Origin: Bilabrum cf. latius
Taxonomy: Eukaryota
Assembly (NCBI GenBank): GCA_965178125.1
Contig: OZ237743.1
Location: forward strand, 1,240,001 to 1,304,000
Direction of reading: 5' to 3'
Length of the DNA stretch: 64,000 nucleotides
Positions 37,948 through 50,430 of this stretch are shown here, one piece after another (the stretch's first letter is position 1; each line of letters begins with the position of its first letter). The notes beneath the pieces were generated by a model. That model searched no databases. It was not told where the DNA came from and worked only from the letters and a program-made list of their open reading frames with translations. The position numbers and the translations under genes are program-made.

Positions 37948-38429
37948 GGTTCGAAGTCTTTGACAGGTAGCTAGGCCTGCAAGCAGCGAGGCCCGAGAAC
38001 GCAAGACTGCGAAGCGAGCAAAGTAGAATTGCATAAAAACACCGGATGAATCGATAGATAAGGATATAATGAGTAAGATTCATGTGTTACACGGAAGTAT
38101 ACTCACGGATTCGTAGAATGGTGTAAGATGAAAGCCACGGTCGTCGCACCTTGGCAAACCTGCACGCTACAATGGACCGGTGGTCTGCAATTTTGGTTTG
38201 TGCCCAATTCGGCTGTTCAGCAAATAAAACGAACGCACCGCCGCAACTGGCTCGTATTAATATACCGTATATATCTGCTGCCTCCGCGATATCTTCTTCC
38301 ACCTCGCTAGAGGTGGACAGGTCCGGAGCCCACCGTCCGGGCCTCGTGATTGGGGGCTCCAGTCCAGTACTGTAGAGGAACTACGGTCCGTCAGACGACC
38401 AAGTGAATGGATTAAAGTATTTGGAGGGA

Positions 38430-41400
38430 ATGGCAGACGATGATACCCGTCCTCAAGGGTTGAGTCGCCCGCTGCTGGCACCAGACCCGGTTGCGGCAAG
38501 CGACGCAAGCTTTGACAGCTCCCAGACGCCGCATTCGCCGCAGGCAGAGCTTGCCCCCCTTTCTCCGCGAGGCCACTATATTCACACAATACGCCGCGGT
38601 AGCTCGAGGTTAAACGACGACGGTGGTGCAGAGTCTGAGCAGCTTGGCGTTCGCAAGCGAGTCGGTGGCGGGAGCCGCAAAGACGAAGAAGAAGCGGCTG
38701 CGGACGAGTCCAAAGATCCCGCTACGTATGCGGCGGTGCTGCTTAACGACGCCATCCACAGCCGAAACGCGCGGCACAAACTTGACGCCTTCGGCATGCG
38801 CATCCACAAGACGCTGCGGGCCGGCTGGTACCAGCTGGCCGTGCTGGTCGTCCTGCTGGGCGTGCTGATGCTCGCTGCCGTGGAGCAGCCCTCCACCATG
38901 GGCTTCGCCGACTAGCCCGTCAAGGCCATGTGGCCGGCCTACGTGACGGTGCCCCTGGAACTGGCCCTCCTGGCCCTGCTGCTGGTGGACGTGCTGATGC
39001 GATACCTGTGGCTGGGGCACGACCGGTTCATGGAGTCGCGGTGGGTGCTGGTCAAAGGGGGGGTCGCGGTCTTCGCCGCGGTCAACGCGATGGTCAGCTG
39101 GGGAGTTCCAGCTGTGCCCCGGTTCCACCGTCTGCTCCGCCCCTTGCTCTTTATCGCTCACTTCAGGAACGTGGCCAAGATCTTTCTGAGCATGCTCGAG
39201 ACAGTGCCCAAGGTGGCCAACGTGACGCTGCTGCTGGTCATCCACATCCTGCTGTGCGGTGCACTCGCCCACGTCCTGTTCCGCGGCATCGAGATGACGA
39301 GAGAGGACAAGGACAGGGCGGGCGCGGGGGACTTTGACGTATCGTACCAGTGCAACGACACGGCTCATTCGGACATCTACGGGAGTCCCAGCCCCCCCGA
39401 ATTCAGGTACTGCAACCCGTTCGCCAAGCAGTGCTTTGACTACTTTGGGAGCTATCTGTATGGACTGCACAACCTGTTTGTGCTGCTCACAACGGCCAAC
39501 TACCCTGACGTGATGCTGCCCGCCTACCACTGCTCCTCCTGGGCCCCCGTGTTCTTCGTGTTCTTTCTGACGGTGGGCCTGTACTTTGTGATGAACCTCA
39601 TCCTGGCCGTGGTGGTGAGCGTGTACAAGGAGAGAACCACCCAGCGGGCCACGTCAGCCGCCACGAGGAGGGTGGAGGCAGTGGACCTGGCGTTCCGGTT
39701 CATGGTGGATGCTGCGGATGATGATGATTATGGGGGTGGTGGGGGTGGTGTAAAGGGGATGCATGGGGAGGGGGAGCGAGGGGGGGAGTTTGGCAAGGGC
39801 GGGTTGGGGGGGGCTGGTAGTAGCGGCAATCGAGGATACCACGGGAGAGGAGGAGGCGGCAGCGGTAATCCGCTGATGGGTGGCGGCATCTGGGGCCATG
39901 GCGGGTACGGGAGCAGCAGCCTGGGCGTTGGCACAGGCTAGTTAGGGTAGGACAGCGGCGTGCTGGGTGCTGGGGGACGGCAGATGTCGATTCAGCTGGA
40001 GCCGGGCGAGGACGACGCAGAGAGCGTAGTGAGTCATCGCGACGTGATGGGGGAACACAGCGAGGGAGCAATCGGGTCACCGCCAGTGTCGCCCTCGCTC
40101 AGGATGGGCGCTGCTCTGGCCCCGCGCGGTGTGGCGCAGGCCATGCGCCAGGGACTCATCGACAGGGCTGCTTCTGGGGAACTAGTGCTAGGTGGCAGGC
40201 ATCGGGGGACGGGGGTGGGGCGAAGGAGCGGAGGAGGCGGAGGTGCCTCGAGGGTGGGGCCGGGCGGCGGGGACGACGATGACGATGATGATGAGGACGA
40301 GGACGATGAGAATGAGGGTGGCAAGGGCGGTGAGACATCGGACGAGCACGAGAGCGATGACGACGAGGATGCAGGCAGCGACAGCGACACAGGCGGCGAA
40401 GGTGAAGGGGAGGGGGAGGACCGGGACGAGGCAAGGCCCCTGCAGGATTTCCCCAGAGGGAGCAAGAGTGCAGGGGCAGGGGCAGGGGCAGGGGCAGGGG
40501 CAGGTGCAGGGGCAGGTGCAGGTGCAGGCCGGCCCACCCCTCTGCAGGTCAGGATGGAGTCGTTCCCGCGAGTGGGGGCCGGGGCGAGGGAGAGCTCTGG
40601 CTCCGGCTCTTCCCCCGGATTCCTAGGGAACAACGGGCACAGCTCGCTGGCTGAGGCCGCGCGCCAGCCCGTGGAGGTGCTGCTGGACCGTGGCCGGCGG
40701 CAGCCCCGCCGGCTTCATCTAGACACCTGGGAGCGCATGATGAAGAGCCTCAGGCCCGACCTGACCCGGGACCAGCGCGAGGTGTTGTTCACGGCCATGG
40801 ACAGGAGGAGGAGGGGCTACCTCACAAAGCGAGACTTCCGGTCCGTGGTGGACTACCTGGAGGTGAACTTCGAGCGCAAGTGGCAGGGCAACTCGACGGA
40901 CTATTTCTTGGCCAAGTCGCATCCCGATTGGTTCATGAACCTGCGCCTGTGGCTCCGCCGCATCGTGGTAAACTGGAAGTTCGTCCTCCTGGTGGACTTG
41001 CTCATCTACGCCAACTGTCTCCTCGTGATCATCCAGCTGGCGGCGGAGAACTACACCACCAACGACCAGGGGCAGACAGAGAGGCACGAGAACAAGGGGT
41101 TGCTGAGGCTAGACACGACCATCACCGTCATCCTGGTCCTCTTCGTGATCGAGCTGACCGTGAAGCTCCTGGGCATGGGCTTTGGGCGATTCTGCGACGA
41201 CGGGTTCAACGTGTTCGACGGCATCGTGATCCCCATCACGGCCATCGCCGAGGTGGTGGTGCCGTCCATGAACGTGAGCCGGTCAGGGCGGCAGCTCGCG
41301 CAGGCGCTCCCCATCCTGCGGCTGGTGCGGCTGATTCGGTCCTTGCGGGCGCTGAAGGGCTTCGGTACGATCATCCGCACCATAGGCAAGATCGTGGTCC

Positions 41401-43094
41401 CGTTCAGCAGGTACATCGTGGTGGTGGTGCTGGTCTACTACACGTTCAGCATCCTAGGGATGGAGCTCTTCGCGGGCGTGACGGCGGGCGATGCCGTGCC
41501 CGAATGGACGTCCTACCGGCTGTCCTTGTACCAGCTGGACATGACGTTTGATTCCCTGGGTAGGGCCATGGTCGTCCTGTGGGCCCTCATGATCGTGAAC
41601 AACTGGGCGGTGACGGAAGAGGGCATCGTGATCGCGTTCCACAAGGGCACGCAGGGTACCCGCTGGTCCATGCTGTACTTCTACCTGTGGTACTTTGTCA
41701 TTGTCATCGTGGTCAGCAACATCGTGACCGCCTTTCTCCTGGAAGACTTCGAGGTGACCCAGGCCCAGATCATCGAGATAGAGAACAACTACGAGCCTGA
41801 GTGGAGGAGGCACATCCTCGAGGCGGCGAGGGACCTCAGGGTCAAGGAGAGGACCACATGGAACGTGACCCGCAAGGAGCACCCGTACCACGCGTACGAG
41901 CGGATGTTCGCGGACGAGATCAGGGAACATATCCGCACGCACGACTAGGAGAGGGCCAGCGCCAGGGCAGGGGGTGCTGTCAGGGCTCCCGGGCCCGTGC
42001 GCGACCAGAGGTACTTTGTGGACAGCGACGACGACGCCTTCACGGGACCCAGGCTCAGGCGCAGGCCGCGCTGGGCGAGGAAAATCGCCAGGGCGGCCCT
42101 GTCGGCGCTGGGAGAGCCTAGAGACCCGCGGGGGTCCGACAGCGCCGCGGATCCGGCGGTGCCGGCGGGTCCCCAGGGGGCAGCGCTGGCCGTGTGCGGG
42201 GTGGTGTGCCAGGAGGTGGGGTCACGGGCCAAGGGGCTGCGGCGGGCGGGTGCCGGTGCCGACGGGGGGCCCAGCCAAGGGGGCGACGGTTCCGATTCCG
42301 AGTCCTCGGACGGTGGCGGCAACCCGAGCGCTCGCCGCATCGCGCGCCGAGAGGCCAACGAGGCCAGGCACGCGCGGCTGCAAGAGGTGGCGAAGGAGAG
42401 CGCGGCGAGGCACGCGAGGCCGACTATGGCAGCCATGGCGCTTGGGGTGCTCTGCAGGCGGGCGGTGCAGCGGCAGCGGCTGCGTCGCCGGCGGGGCTCC
42501 GTGTTTCGAGGCTCCCTCCCCAAGCTCTCCCAGGAGGCCAAGGCGATCGACTCGGAGGACGGCAGCGCGAGTGCGGGGTATGGGACTGGGGACAGGGGCG
42601 GCGCTGCCACAGCGGGGGGGAGGAGCGCAAGGGACGGCTGGCGGGCGGTGCTGCGGGCCTCTTTGCGCCTGGAGCAGCGGGCGAGGCAGAAGAAGGCGTC
42701 GGCGCGCAGGGGCAGCGGGGTCGGGGGCGGCTCAAGCTCGAGGCGGTGGGGCAGCGGGGCGGCGATGGGCGTCCCGGGGCAGCGCAGTGGGCTGCACTCC
42801 GGGCTGCCGCCGAGGTCAAAGCTGGGGCCGGGGGCGCGCATGGACCGGGAGCAGCAGCAGCCCGGGCAAAACGTGCGGCCGTTCCTAGGGCAGGAGGGTC
42901 GGCAGGACTCTGGGCTGTCGATGGCGAGCGGGAGCGTGCGAGGCCCGGGCTCGCCAGTGCGTGCGGGAGCGGGCTCGGAATCTGCGGGTCCCAGCGGTGG
43001 GGTGGGTACGCTGGGGAACAGGCGGAGGGGCCTGGCGAGGATGCAGCGCACGGTGGCGCAGCTGGGGACCGGTCAAGACGACTTTGACGAGTGA
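38430..43094 (+). CDS. TPC: Two-pore channel (two 6-TM repeats), about 1,550 aa (4 in-frame TAG)
   Basis: Pore 1 LLTTANYPDVMLPAY, pore 2 LMIVNNW, S4 segments RFHRLLRPL and LRLVRLIRSLR, EF-hand-like FTAMDRRRRGYLTKRDF. Pieces joined by TAG at 38913, 39939, 39948 and 41946. Ends TGA. Confidence 0.92.
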
Positions 43095-43178
43095 TGCCCC
43101 CATGGTGGGCGCCGTGCTCTACCGATTATTATGCACGTCCCATCTGGATGTCAATAAGCCGTTCTGGATGTTACATAA

Positions 43179-44794
43179 TCACGATCTCTCTTGTGCGGCA
43201 ACCCTTTGTGCCGCAGCCTCGGCCCCGCCTTGTTCCCTGTCCCTCTGCGCCGCCCTCTCGTGCACGTACCTGCCCACGGCCCCCTGGAGCCAGGCCTCTC
43301 CCCTGGCTTTGGCCTCCTCCATGGGAAGCAGCACGCCCTTGGCTGTGGCAAGCTCTGCGTTGAGCAGAGAGCTGCCCGCCGCGCCCATCACCGTGTTGTG
43401 GCTGCACACGACCATCTTGAACGCCCGCCGGGGAGCGTCCTCGCTGCCCTCCTGCACGGGCACCACCGGTCCCCCCAGCGCGATGGACTCCATGACGGGG
43501 TCCGGCCTAACCCTGCCCACCACGGTGGTGAGCCCCTTGCCTTCCCCTCGGTCCCTCCTCGGCTGCGGCCTGTCCTTCTCGTTCCTCACGCGGATGACCT
43601 GAGGGGGGGCCGAGGGGATCAGTGGCCACTCGGGGTCCTCGGGCCTGTACCCTTCTAAGGCGCGCTCCACCTCGGAGGGTCTAGCGGGCCTGTCCAGCAC
43701 CACGCTGAGGCAGATCGTGTGCCCGTCCAGCACGTGCACCCGGTTGGCCTGCGCAGACAGTGGGAAGCCCGCCAGCCGCACCTCGGGGAGGCCCACCCAT
43801 GCCAGTGCCTCTGTGCTGCTCGCCCACCCCCCCTAGCGGCGTTGTTCCCCAGACTGTTCCCTGGGGAGGTCACCCAGGATCTTCCTGTATTCCTTCTCCA
43901 GTTTCTCCTCCTCCCCGCCGATGTGCGGGACCAGGTTGTCCATCATGTCCATGCCGCTGAGGCCGGGGTACCCAGCCCCGGAGATGGCCTGCATCGTGTG
44001 GCACACCACGGCCTTGAGACCGAACGTTCGCTGGAGCGGCCGGAGCGCGATGACCATCCCCGTTGTGCTGCAGTTGGCGTTCGTCACGATGAACCCGGTC
44101 CCTGGGGCCGACGCCTTGGCCTGGTTCTCCGCCATCCTCAGGTGGTCCGCGTTGACTGGGGGCACCACGAGGGGCACGGCGGGGTGCTGCCTATAGGACC
44201 GCGCGTTGGAGAACACGGGGATGCCGGCCTGCACGAAGGACGCCTCGATGGGGCCGGCCGGGCCCGCGTCCAAAGCGGAGAACACAAAGTCGACCCCCCG
44301 GCTCTTGAAGGCGTCGGGGTCGCAGGCGAGCACCGTCTCCCGCTGGTGCTGCGAGGGAGCGTCCCCACTCAGCTGCCAAGCCGCCGCGTCGCTGTAGGCC
44401 TTGCCAGCGCTGCGGCTTGAGGCGCCAAGTGCTACGGCCTGGAACCACGGGTGCCCGTCCAGCATCTGCAGGAAACGCTGGCCCACGGTGCCGGTTGCAC
44501 CTAGCACGCCCACCCTCAGCTTGCGCGAGGGGCCCGCCCGCGAGTCCTTCTGCAGGCAAAAACAGTGGGCGGCTACAACATTTTCAGATATATTTCAAGC
44601 TGTTTGGATCCCAATTTATCGAGTAGGGTGAGTGTCTACGGCCAATCCACCTTTCTTACCGTCGCGGATGATCCTTCGGCTGCAACTGGGTGGTGCACCC
44701 CCGATAGAGCGTACATAGCTCCAGCACCGAGCCCAGCAGCTAGACGAAGGCCCATACCACTTCCTAAGATCCGACGAGCTGCTCTCCGAAACAT
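43179..44794 (-). CDS. asd: Aspartate-semialdehyde dehydrogenase (fungal/archaeal type) with putative mitochondrial presequence; 2 exons
   Basis: VGVLGATGTVGQRF, VTNANCST, MQAISGAGYPG, EEEKLEKE, RVHVLDGHT, HNTVMGAAG. In-frame TAG at 43833 lies between the catalytic Cys and His halves. Phase-0 intron 44659-44550. Confidence 0.93.
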
Positions 44795-45082
44795 GGTACT
44801 CCGGCACAGTACGCAGATTCGACTTGCTCGACCGGTCTTGCAGTCTGTGACTTGGATGACGAGTGCGTGTTAACGTGCAGTTTAACAAATATATCCAGAA
44901 AATCCTCTTTGAGGTCGAATGGCAAGAACGTCCCGACTGATCGTAGTTTCCGCTCGTGCTTGCAGTTCGTACGGGCTGTAGTTGCCCGATCAGAGCGGTA
45001 GTTACCGATAGCATCGACGGAGTGACGGAACGAGAGACAATTTTCGAATTGCTGCAAAAAGGATCTCGCACCGAGTGCAATC

Positions 45083-48000
45083 ATGTGGGGCTGTACCGCG
45101 TGCACATACTCGAATTAGGATGGTGCCACCGCCTGCGAGATGTGTGGTACTCCTAAATCAGCCGATGCGCCGCTGGTTGGCGGCGGGCCGGAAGCGCCTG
45201 CGCCTGCCGCCGCAACTCAAGGCGGGGAGGCTACGCCGGGGTTCATCGAGACCGCCAAGGCCAAAACGGCCGGCGTGCGCTAGTTCAGCGCGCCTCTGAC
45301 GGGCGACGTTAGAGTGTGGGCCCGCCTGGCGGCGGATCACCCGCTGGCGAAGGGCAAGGCCAAGGTCCTGCAGTGCAGGCGGCGCTGGTCGGACGGCTCG
45401 TGGGTGGTGTCCCTGGAGGGAGACCGCTGGTCCTCATGGCGGGCGGACGAGCTCGAGATGGCCGACGGCAGCGATGCGCCGGCCGCCAGCGACCCGCTCA
45501 TGGGCGCCGCGGCTGCCTCCATGGCCAGCCCGGCCCGCGCCCCCGGCGGCCGCCCCTTCAAGCGGGGAGACCTGGTCAGGCTCGTGGAGGCGCACCCGCT
45601 GCTGGGCCTGCCAGAGGCCGCCGCGGCGGGGATCCCAACCGACGCGGCCATGCCCTCACTCGTCACACCGGAGCAGGGACCCCGTTTCCGGCAGGCGCTC
45701 CGGCTGGGGCTCGGCGTGCACGGCACTGCGGCGCGCGTGCGAAGGTTCGCCAGCAAGGACGCCGAGGCCTACAGGCTGGACCGCACCTCCGCGACCAACG
45801 CGGCGCTATTCGAGGACGCCCGGACGCTGCTGGGCGAGGACATGGGCAGCACGCTGCCGATATCTTGCGAGGTGCAGGGCACTCGTCACATGGGCACCGC
45901 CACGCCCGAGACGGGCAAGCTGGCAGACGGGCTGGGGGAGAGGGGCTCCGCCTGGGTGCCCCGGTCCATGGGCCGCGGCTGGCTGCGGCAGGCGCTCGAT
46001 GCGCGGCAGACCGCACAGGGGAGGAGCGTGCGGCGACAGACGATGGGGTTTGGTGGTACGCTGGTCCAGGAGACGGGAGGAGAGGAAGAAGGGGGCCCCG
46101 CGGTGCACGAGCAGAAGCTGTGCGAGGCACCGGTACAGAAGGACGCGACCTCGGCGCAGCACGCGCGCGCCGGTGCCAAGGCCTTGATGCCTGGAGGGCA
46201 GAAGGGGAGGCCGGTGCTGGTCGAGCTGCGGCCCATCGGCAGGGGCGGGGAGCGGCTGGCGGGGACCGGCTCCGTGGTGGACTCTGGCCGGGCCCTGCTG
46301 CTGCGGTGCTGGAGCGACCGAGGGGATGTTCCGCTGTGCGGCGCCGCGGCAGAGGATGCCCTGAGCACAAGGGAGGAGGCCGAGGAGGAGGCGGCTCGGG
46401 AGTTCGAACGGCTGTGCAAGCAGTACGAGGTGCAGCGCACTGCGGTGCTGTCCAGGGGCTCCAGCAGCGGCAGCCCCCTGCCAGTAGGCGGCGAGTCGCC
46501 AGCGTCACTTCCGTCTGCTTCGTTGTTGTCTGCATCACCGGAAGCGAAGACAGACGCGGCCGCCGGCAATGAAGCCGGAGCCGCCGAAGAGAAGCAAGAG
46601 AAGGGGAAGGAGAATGAGAATGGGAATGAGAATGAGAATGAGACCGCAGCCCCGCCAGCCCCGGCCTCGGCAGTGGCCGACCCGTGGGGCGCTGCGTCCG
46701 GCTCGATTTCCGGTTCCGAATCCAAGAAGGAAGGCGGCTCGGACCCGTGGGGCAGCGGGGTCACCGGCGGAGCTGGTGTCGCGGATCCATTCGCCTCGCC
46801 AAGCAAGGGAGCAGGAGCAGGAGCAGGAGAATCGGCGGCGGGGGAGGCTGATCCCTGGGGCGCATCGGCTGCCAGCGCGGGACTTTCACCAGCGCCGGCA
46901 CCTGCGGCTGCAGCGTTCGGGGCGGACCCATGGGGCTCCCCCGGGGAATCCCCTGGGAAGGAGGGTTCCCCCGCCCCCAGCCTGGGGTCGTTGGGGCGCA
47001 CCCGTTCGGGTCGCGGCAAGGGCAAGGGCAAGGGCAAGGGCAAGGGCAAGGGCAAGGGGAAGAAGAGCGGCAAGGGCAAGGGGGGCAAGCGCACGAGCAC
47101 CGGAACCGGCCGTACCTCCTCTTTCTCGGCCTCTGCTGCTCCCCCTGAGGGCCTGCCCATGGGTGTACTGGCGGGCGACTGGCTGCGGATGCAGGGCTGC
47201 GAGGCGCTGGGTTGGGGCGCGGTGGGGCGGGTGTGCGACTTGGTTGCAGGGCCGTCCGAGTGCGGGGTGGTGCCGTCCGAAGGTAAAACGTCCCTGAAAG
47301 GCACCGGGGTGGATGTGCCGGGGGATGCGGCGGTGGCAACAGTACACTACCGCGGGGGATCGATTCCCGGTGTGCCCAACGACTCCACCGAGGGGGGTCA
47401 CCTGCGGCTGCGCAAGACGTCGTGCTCCCACCTGGGCGTAATCATGCAAGCAGAGGAACTGGCCAAGGAACAAAGGGAGCCCAGGGAACAAAGTGGAGGA
47501 GAAGACGAATGGCAGCTCGCGGACGACGACTCCGACTGCGACTCACTCGTCATCGTAAGGAGCCCGCCCACGCCCGACGACCTGGTTACGCTCTGGCCCG
47601 CCCTGCCCTTTGCCCAGGGGAAGGCATTCAGAGCCGCAGCAGTCGCGGAGTCCGCGGGGCAGGACCCTTAGTCGGAGAACCCATTCGGCCTCAAGTGGTC
47701 GCACTTCACTCACGCCGTTCTCAGGGCAGACACGAGGCGTGGGCCCGCCAGCCCAGCCCCCAGCGAGGACTCGGAGGAGTGGTTCAAGGAGAGGAAGATC
47801 GCCGCGGACGGGCCCGTGTCAGTGCAGTGCATGCTGCCCGCGAGGCACCTGTGCGTGCACAGGAGGGTGGGCAAGGGCGAGTGGGGGGGCAGGCCCGGCT
47901 GGGCGGTGGACCCAGGCGAGCTCAAGGAGAGGGCCAAGGCGCTGCTGGGCTATGCGGCTAGGCTGCTGCCTACGGTTGCGGGGAGCCCTTTCGGTGGTGG

Positions 48001-49297
48001 CACGGGCATAAGCGCGCCGAAGATGCTGGCTGACGCGGCATGGTGGCAGCTGGCCCCCAAGGCGTTCAGCGGGTGCTAGACCCTCCCCCTCAGGATCGGT
48101 GACTGGGTTACGCTGCACCACGGGCACCCCTTGGCGGCGGGCGGGATCGCGGTGCAGGCGTGGGTGGGGCGCGTCCCTACTTCGCCCGGGGAGGCAGACT
48201 CGAGCAAGTGCTCCAGGATGACGCTGCTCAGCGGAGCCAGCATGTCGGGGCAGCTGCTCCCAGGGAACATCGGGATGCCCCGCCGGCTGCTCGCCCGACA
48301 GAGCGAGATGCCGGGCACCGGTGCCTTCCGGGACTTGACAGTGGCCACGGTGGGTGTGCTGCCCCCGCAGCGGTCGGCAGCCGTGGGGGGACGTCTCGTG
48401 TCGGGCGCGATGCCCCCTGCCGGACAGCGGACGCAGGCGGACCACAGGGGCGTGCGGGCGGGCGCGCTCATCACGCTGAACTCGGAACACCCGCTGTCCG
48501 CGGAGCAGGGGGGTATTGCCCGTGTGACGAGCGTGCAGGGGGTGCTGGTGGAGCTCCAATCGCTTGCCGATTGTGTGCTCGCGGGCAGCCCAGTTCCGTC
48601 CTCTAGCGAGCCCCAGACCCGGGCGCACCGCATGCTGACTAGGGCCGTGCGGCGGGTGCTGGCCCCGCCCGACTCCGTGCGGCTCACCCCTGCCATGCGC
48701 GCGAAGGGTGTGACGAGTGATATGCTGGCGGAGTTCCTCGAGGCGCAGGCCGCGGCCAGCGAGGTGTCGCTGACGAGCGGGAACGTCCGGTAGTTCATGA
48801 AGGTTCGCCCCGCCATGAGCAAGGGCGTGTCCATCGGAGACAGCAGCAACAGCAGCGCTGGCGGGCTTGGGCTGGGGTTCGGGGCTGTGACGGCGGGCAG
48901 TGGGTGGGGGTCGGCAGCAGGAATGCCGGCGCCCTCGGCGGGTGGCGGCACGAGCGGGTGGGGCTCGAGCGCAGGAGAGGTCACCGTGGTGATTCCGGCC
49001 AGTATGGCGGCGGATTACGGACCATCATCAGGCCATGACTCGGAAGGGATTACCATGGACGTGGAGATGGACCTCGACTCTCCCGGGATGGTGCAAGTGG
49101 GGGCCCATCTGTCGGCGGTTGGCGGCGCGGCGGAGTACCTCATGGAGTCCGCTATGCATTCCGGTCTGAACGGACTGGAGGTGGAAGAGGAAGACTCGGA
49201 CGTGTCGGAGGCGGAGCTGGAGGGGAACTACAGTGGCGACTCTGATAATGACGAGGAGATCGACGATGAGGACGGGGGCGGTGCCGATTGGATGTGA
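45083..49297 (+). CDS. N-terminal RanBP2/NZF zinc-finger protein with DPW/DPF/NPF motifs, about 1,400 aa (5 in-frame TAG)
   Basis: MWGCTACTYSN*DGATACEMCGTPK matches W-x-C-x2-C-x3-N-x6-C-x2-C. TAG at 45116, 45281, 47669, 48077 and 48791. Ends TGA. Confidence 0.78.
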
Positions 49298-49490
49298 GCT
49301 GGAATGGAATGCATCTCGTTTTGCTCTGGGAGACAGCATGACAAGCGCTCCGCATGACTGGGTGTATCTATAATAATGATTCTCAATATGCTTTCCCGGG
49401 GTGTTTGTCAGGTTCGGTGCTGTGCGCAACTAGATTCGGAGTGGCCAAAAGGCGCTGCTGGCAGTTGCACTTGGGTACACACTCTCTCCG

Positions 49491-50237
49491 ATGCGGATTC
49501 GTAGCCGCCCCGCAGCCGTGTTGGTTTACGATGGGGTTTGCAATATATGTAACTTTGGAGTACGCACAGCTTCGAGTCTTGATGCCGACGGGTCTATCTG
49601 GTACGTGGCGCTGCAGTCGAATCGGCTGAACGCCCTGTCTCGTTGCGTAGCATCGGATCCCGCGCGTTATGGCATCGGACACCAGCTTGCAGAGGCACTG
49701 TAGCCAGCTGCAGTCCACAAGCGGTTTGTGTTGTTGGAGGGTCAAGGCCTACATCACGCGATGCTGGCAGCCGAAGGAACGCAACAACTCCCCCAGCAAA
49801 GCACAGCATCTGGCCGCGGAGTGCCCGTCAAGCTCGGTAGGCTCAGCAGTATACCAAATGTAAAACACACGCATCGGTCGGCTCGCCGCCTCGTTGTTCG
49901 CTCCGGTGGGGATGCCGCCTTGCGCGTGGGCGAGCTGACCGGAGGCGTGGTTGGACTGGCTGCTTCCATTGCGAGGTCTGTGGCCCCAGCATCGCTCGTG
50001 GAGGCCACGTACGACTTTGTGGCCGCTAATCGATACGCTTGGTTTGGACGGACCGAGTCTTGCCAGATTCCACCGTCTTGGCTAGCGGATCGCATGTGGG
50101 ACATGCCGCGCCGAGAGGAGCCCACGCACCCGTGCGCTGCCACTGCCACCTTGAAGGGCACCAGCTCGCCGAGTGCGAGCAGCGGTGCAGGCGACTGGCC
50201 CACACCCTTGCATCGGGACGAGCAAGGCAGGCAGTGA
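49491..50237 (+). CDS. DCC family (DUF393/YuxK-like) thiol-disulfide oxidoreductase
   Basis: YDGVCNICN and VALQS lie before the TAG at 49701; SGGDAALRV and YDFVAANRYAWFGR..C lie after it, in the same frame. Ends TGA. Confidence 0.85.
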
Positions 50238-50430
50238 TAGTGTACCTCTGTGGTGGGCACCCGTGTGTAGGAGGTCTCGTGAAAGCACAGATGCACAACG
50301 TTTGATCATTATTGGGTAGTCTAGCAGCAACTCGCACAAGCGCCGCTGCGTATTGACAAGCACGATCACGAGCACGTCCGGGTAGCCGGCGCGACTCCAT
50401 CTCGCATGCCCACGTGTGCATCACAGTGCA

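Noticed and set aside
38900-43870. TAGs as 3' ends of short introns
   Set aside because: Real introns here have GTRAG-like donors and pyrimidine-rich acceptors. Most TAG sites lack these, occur in tandem (TAG TAG) or sit in fixed-length motifs.
3001-45157. A-to-I editing of UAG to Trp, or pyrrolysine insertion
   Set aside because: TAGs sit in poly-Gln and polar linkers rather than at conserved Trp or catalytic positions, no pyl genes are visible, and the host is eukaryotic. U-to-C editing cannot be excluded from DNA alone but would be expected to involve TAA/TGA too.
11952-47304. Long antisense or alternative-frame ORFs (e.g. 11952-13256, 23661-25331, 29613-31427, 29875-31647, 45886-47304) as overlapping genes
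   Set aside because: They are shadows of GC-rich coding sequence on the other strand, with low-complexity translations and no motifs.
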